Assembly: GCA_001179505.1 (NCBI GenBank)
Contig: CDMY01000718.1
Span: 1-64,000 of the forward strand
Origin: Vitrella brassicaformis CCMP3155
Taxonomy: Eukaryota; Protista; Chromerida
Direction: 5' to 3'
Length of the DNA stretch: 64,000 nucleotides
The translations under genes were made by a program, and so were the position numbers. Below the pieces are notes generated by a model that did not search any database, was not told the origin of the DNA, and saw nothing but the letters and a program-made list of their open reading frames with translations. Below, piece by piece: positions 60,835 to 64,000 of this stretch (its first letter is position 1; each line of letters begins with the position of its first letter).

Positions 60835-61414
60835 TGGGTGGATGGGGGTGCTGGTCTAGACATCCTTGCCAGCCCTCTCTAGTCTGCAGTGTGCCCTCGT
60901 GTTCATAGCTTCCTAGACCTGCCTGAGAATTGACTCTGCCAGTGGTATGCGTGCAGTTTTGCGTCTTTTTGTCGTTTCGTGGCTGCCTGACTGACTGGAA
61001 TGTGCGTGTGTGTCTATCCATGTCAGCATCATGAAGTGGTGATGAGAGCTCCATCGCTAGGGGCAGTTTGTGCTTTCACCCGACTGCATATATACAGGCA
61101 CGTCAGCAGTGTTGTCCACACACACACAGCCAACCACACAACTGGACCACCCCTCAGTCAAAAACACAGATGCTCCTCAGGACACACAAATGGCTTTGCC
61201 TTGCGACACACGACTTACGTGTTGTGTACACATGCCGTGATCCTCCCAAGGACACGAAGAGAGAACAAGCGAGGCAGCTGGCCTCTCTGTGTGTCGACGA
61301 GAGCAACACTCTCATGTGCACATCACAACGCAGAGCAACATGCCGCGTCCGCTCACTACAGAAACGTTTTCCTCCTCCAGCCCCCTCCCTGTCTGCCCAG
61401 TTCATGCCCTTTCC

Positions 61415-62036
61415 TTATCGCCACGGCTGCTGCTGCTGCCAGTTGTCGCTAGATCCGCTATACGACTGCTGGGGGGGAGGGGGAGGTTGCTGGGATGGAG
61501 AAGGGGGAGGCGGCGGGACACCGCCCGGATAGATGACGATGCTGCCTGGCATGCTGCCTGGGTAGCCCTGCTGGTCGTCCATGGGCTTGCCCGTGCGAGG
61601 GTTAATGCGCCGCCCCTGGTCATCTACGTGCACCTGGCAAGAGAACAAAACACCACGTCTGTTTGCCTTGCTTGTGGCACATGTCATGTGTGGGCTGCTT
61701 CCTCACCACTCTGTATCTCGCGCCACCGAAGAGCCGAAACACGAGGGCAATGCCGATGTACTGACAAATAACCAGACAGCAAACGGGCGTCAGACAGCAT
61801 GTGTGCCGTCCATTCGTCCATTGTGCTCCGCTCACCGCTCCGAAGAGACTCACGATTGAAACCCACAGCTGAGTGCCAAAAGGCGGCGGAGGTGGCGGAG
61901 GTCCTCCCCCGAACTGTTGTTGCTGCTGCCAGTTCTGAGGCCAGGTTTTGGGCACCGGCTGCTTCTGTCCTTCGGGAGGGCCGGACTGCCACTTGCGCTT
62001 GCGGGCAGCAAGACGAATAAGGCTGCGACTCCACAT
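61415..62036 (-). CDS. Small Pro/Gln-rich single-pass protein, possibly mitochondrial
   Basis: MWSRSLIRLAARKR (presequence-like)...QLWVSIVSLFGA|YIGIALVFRLFGGARYRV|VHVDDQGRRINPRTG...QQQPWR*. Splices are in phase. Confidence 0.5.
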
Positions 62037-62165
62037 CGTTGATGATGGAGGACCGTCCCTTCACAATACCCAACCGGTAAGACAGCAAATGACCTCACCT
62101 TCAGGGTTTGGGTTGCAGGGTTTGGCTCGGGCTAAGCTTGCAGCTCTCCATCAAGAGGAGAAGTC

Positions 62166-64000
62166 ATGGCGCCTGGTGAAGGCACAGCAGCCGGCTCTGT
62201 GCCGGGCTCTGCAAGAGGCTCCAAATTGTCTGGAGCGCCCTTCCACAACGTCGCCGAAATCAGGTCGCCGAGCAGTCAGCAGGGCAGCTTCTCGCCCCTC
62301 AAGAAGGCAGCATCGCTGCTCAGGTCGAGCTTTGGTGGGGAGGCCTCACCCGGTGCCGGTGCTGATGCCTCCCCCGCCTCCATGGAGGAGCAGAGGAGGG
62401 AGTGGCTGGGTGCGGCAAGGCGCGGCTCCAGCGGCCTGCCGCCAAACCTCGATGCCGGCCTGGGTGTCGACCCGCAGCAGGTGTTTGAGCGGCTCGGGAG
62501 CGCCGCATCGCGGCTGTCTTCCCAACTGAGCCACCAGATGTCTCGGCTGAGCCGGCGGATGAGCTCACAGAGGGAGGGGCCGCCGGGGGAGGAAATGCGG
62601 ATTGAGCCGCTGACCGGGATAGAGGAGGGGGAACAGGAGGAGGATGCGGGGTTTGGCCTGACGAGGCCGTCCGACAGGGATGACATGGTGTTGGTGAGGA
62701 GGGCTTCGAATGTGGGGTGGCGTTACGTGAGCGCCAAGCGGTCGGTGGACCTCTTCTGGCTCGAGAAGATCCTCCTCATTTGGGATGCTGCTCAGGTAGG
62801 TGTCCATCGATCGATGGATCTGACCTGAGGCTATCTCTCTCTCTGTCTCTGTGTCTCTCTCTGTCTGTCTGTCCGTCTGTCTGTCTGTCTCTTTGTGTCT
62901 CTCTTTGTGAATGTGTGTCTCTGTGTGTGCATATCAGATATGGGGTTTGTGTTGGGTGATGTTTCAGCCTTACCTGCCTTATCAGTGGAACTACCGCACC
63001 AAGTTCTCCGTCTGGTTCAATATGGACATTGCCAACTCGGAGTTCAGACCGCTGCCGGGTGGGCTGGCCGGACAGACAAATCACACAACTACTGCTCGCA
63101 GCAGACGTGTCCTTGTCTCTTTGTCTATAGGTCACCGCCGAGTGAATGAGCTGACATTGAATAGATGGGAAAGGTGAGACACGAGAAACCTCATTGTTGG
63201 TCTGTTTGTGTCCCTATCTTTATGTGTCTCTGTGTACATGTGTCCAGGGTTGTGTACCTGTTCGTTTGGGCTGCATATCCTCTTGTTTTGCTCGGGCTGC
63301 GCCACCTGTATGTCAAGTCCAGGGTGAAGAGAGGCATTTACACACCTGGTGAGGGAACCAAGACAGCAAGGCAGACAGAGAGCAAACAGACACAGGGTCT
63401 TCTCTCTCGGTGCCTGTGTATGGGCGTGTCGGTGAATGAAGACATGAAGGCGAGCAGCGAGCGGTGGCTGCTGCTTGCCTGCATGATAACCTACACGTGG
63501 TTCCTCATGGGCACACTCCCAATCGTCTTCTGCCAAGTGTGCGACCTGCTCACCAACAGCCACACGAGACACAAACGATGGTTGGCTGGGTGTCTGGATT
63601 CTGCTGTGTGTCAGGACGATTGGGACGGGTGCGATCCGTGGTGGTATTTCATATTGAGGATGGTGCTTGGGGTGTACTGCGTCGGAATGGCCGTATGTGT
63701 GCCCGTGCTCGTCTTCAAACTCATTCACAGACAGATTGTGGCCGACGACAACGAAGCACACGAACGGTGGGCGAACGGCAGGCTGGCGATGAGACGTGGA
63801 CGCTGCTGTCTGTCTGTGCAGGTATCTTCGTTTGAAGGAGACAGAGTATCTGTTGGACCTGAACAGCCACTGGGACCACGGACACATCTGGCTCTTCTCA
63901 TCATACAAGCGAAGCCTCCTCAGGCACGCAACACAAACAAAGGACCAAAGACGGAAAGAAGCCTTCTTGCCGTGTGTGTGTGTGTGTGTGTGTGCAGGGT
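62166..64000 (+). CDS. Multi-pass membrane protein, truncated by window end
   Basis: A long first exon (to IWDAAQ) is followed by hydrophobic exons IWGLCWVMFQPY..., VVYLFVWAAYPLVLLGL, WLLLACMITYTWFLMG..., WYFILRMVLGVYCVGMAVCVPVLV and YLRLKETEYLLDLNSHW...LFSSYKR. Confidence 0.6.

Noticed and set aside
1-64000. rRNA, tRNA, CRISPR arrays, prokaryotic operons or defence islands
   Set aside because: None were recognised. The sequence is spliceosomal-intron-rich eukaryotic DNA without repeat-spacer arrays or conserved rRNA/tRNA motifs.

Overview
This is intron-rich, GC-rich eukaryotic nuclear DNA. Short GT-AG introns are packed with (TG)n, (TCTG)n and (CA)n tracts. The gene families and signal-plus-transit presequences suggest a chromerid alveolate such as Vitrella brassicaformis (inference). 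About 25 genes can be assembled by hand-splicing, and they are arranged almost entirely as close head-to-head pairs. Recognisable genes are UPF3, ISCA1, HRQ1, plastid RsfS/Iojap, an adenylate-forming enzyme, an FtsJ-like methyltransferase, two CPBP/Abi proteases, a DRE-TIM-barrel protein, a PAM2/Not1-like protein and five TLDc genes with different N-termini. The most striking locus is 52.4-56.5 kb. A PARG with a C-terminal glycogen/starch-binding CBM48 is divergently paired with a minimal H-Y-E ADP-ribosyltransferase. Both begin with the same unusual 8-ligand zinc finger, which also occurs twice in a third gene at 18.7-19.7 kb. No rRNA, tRNA, CRISPR array or intact transposon was recognised. 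Exon boundaries were read by eye, and no database searches were run.
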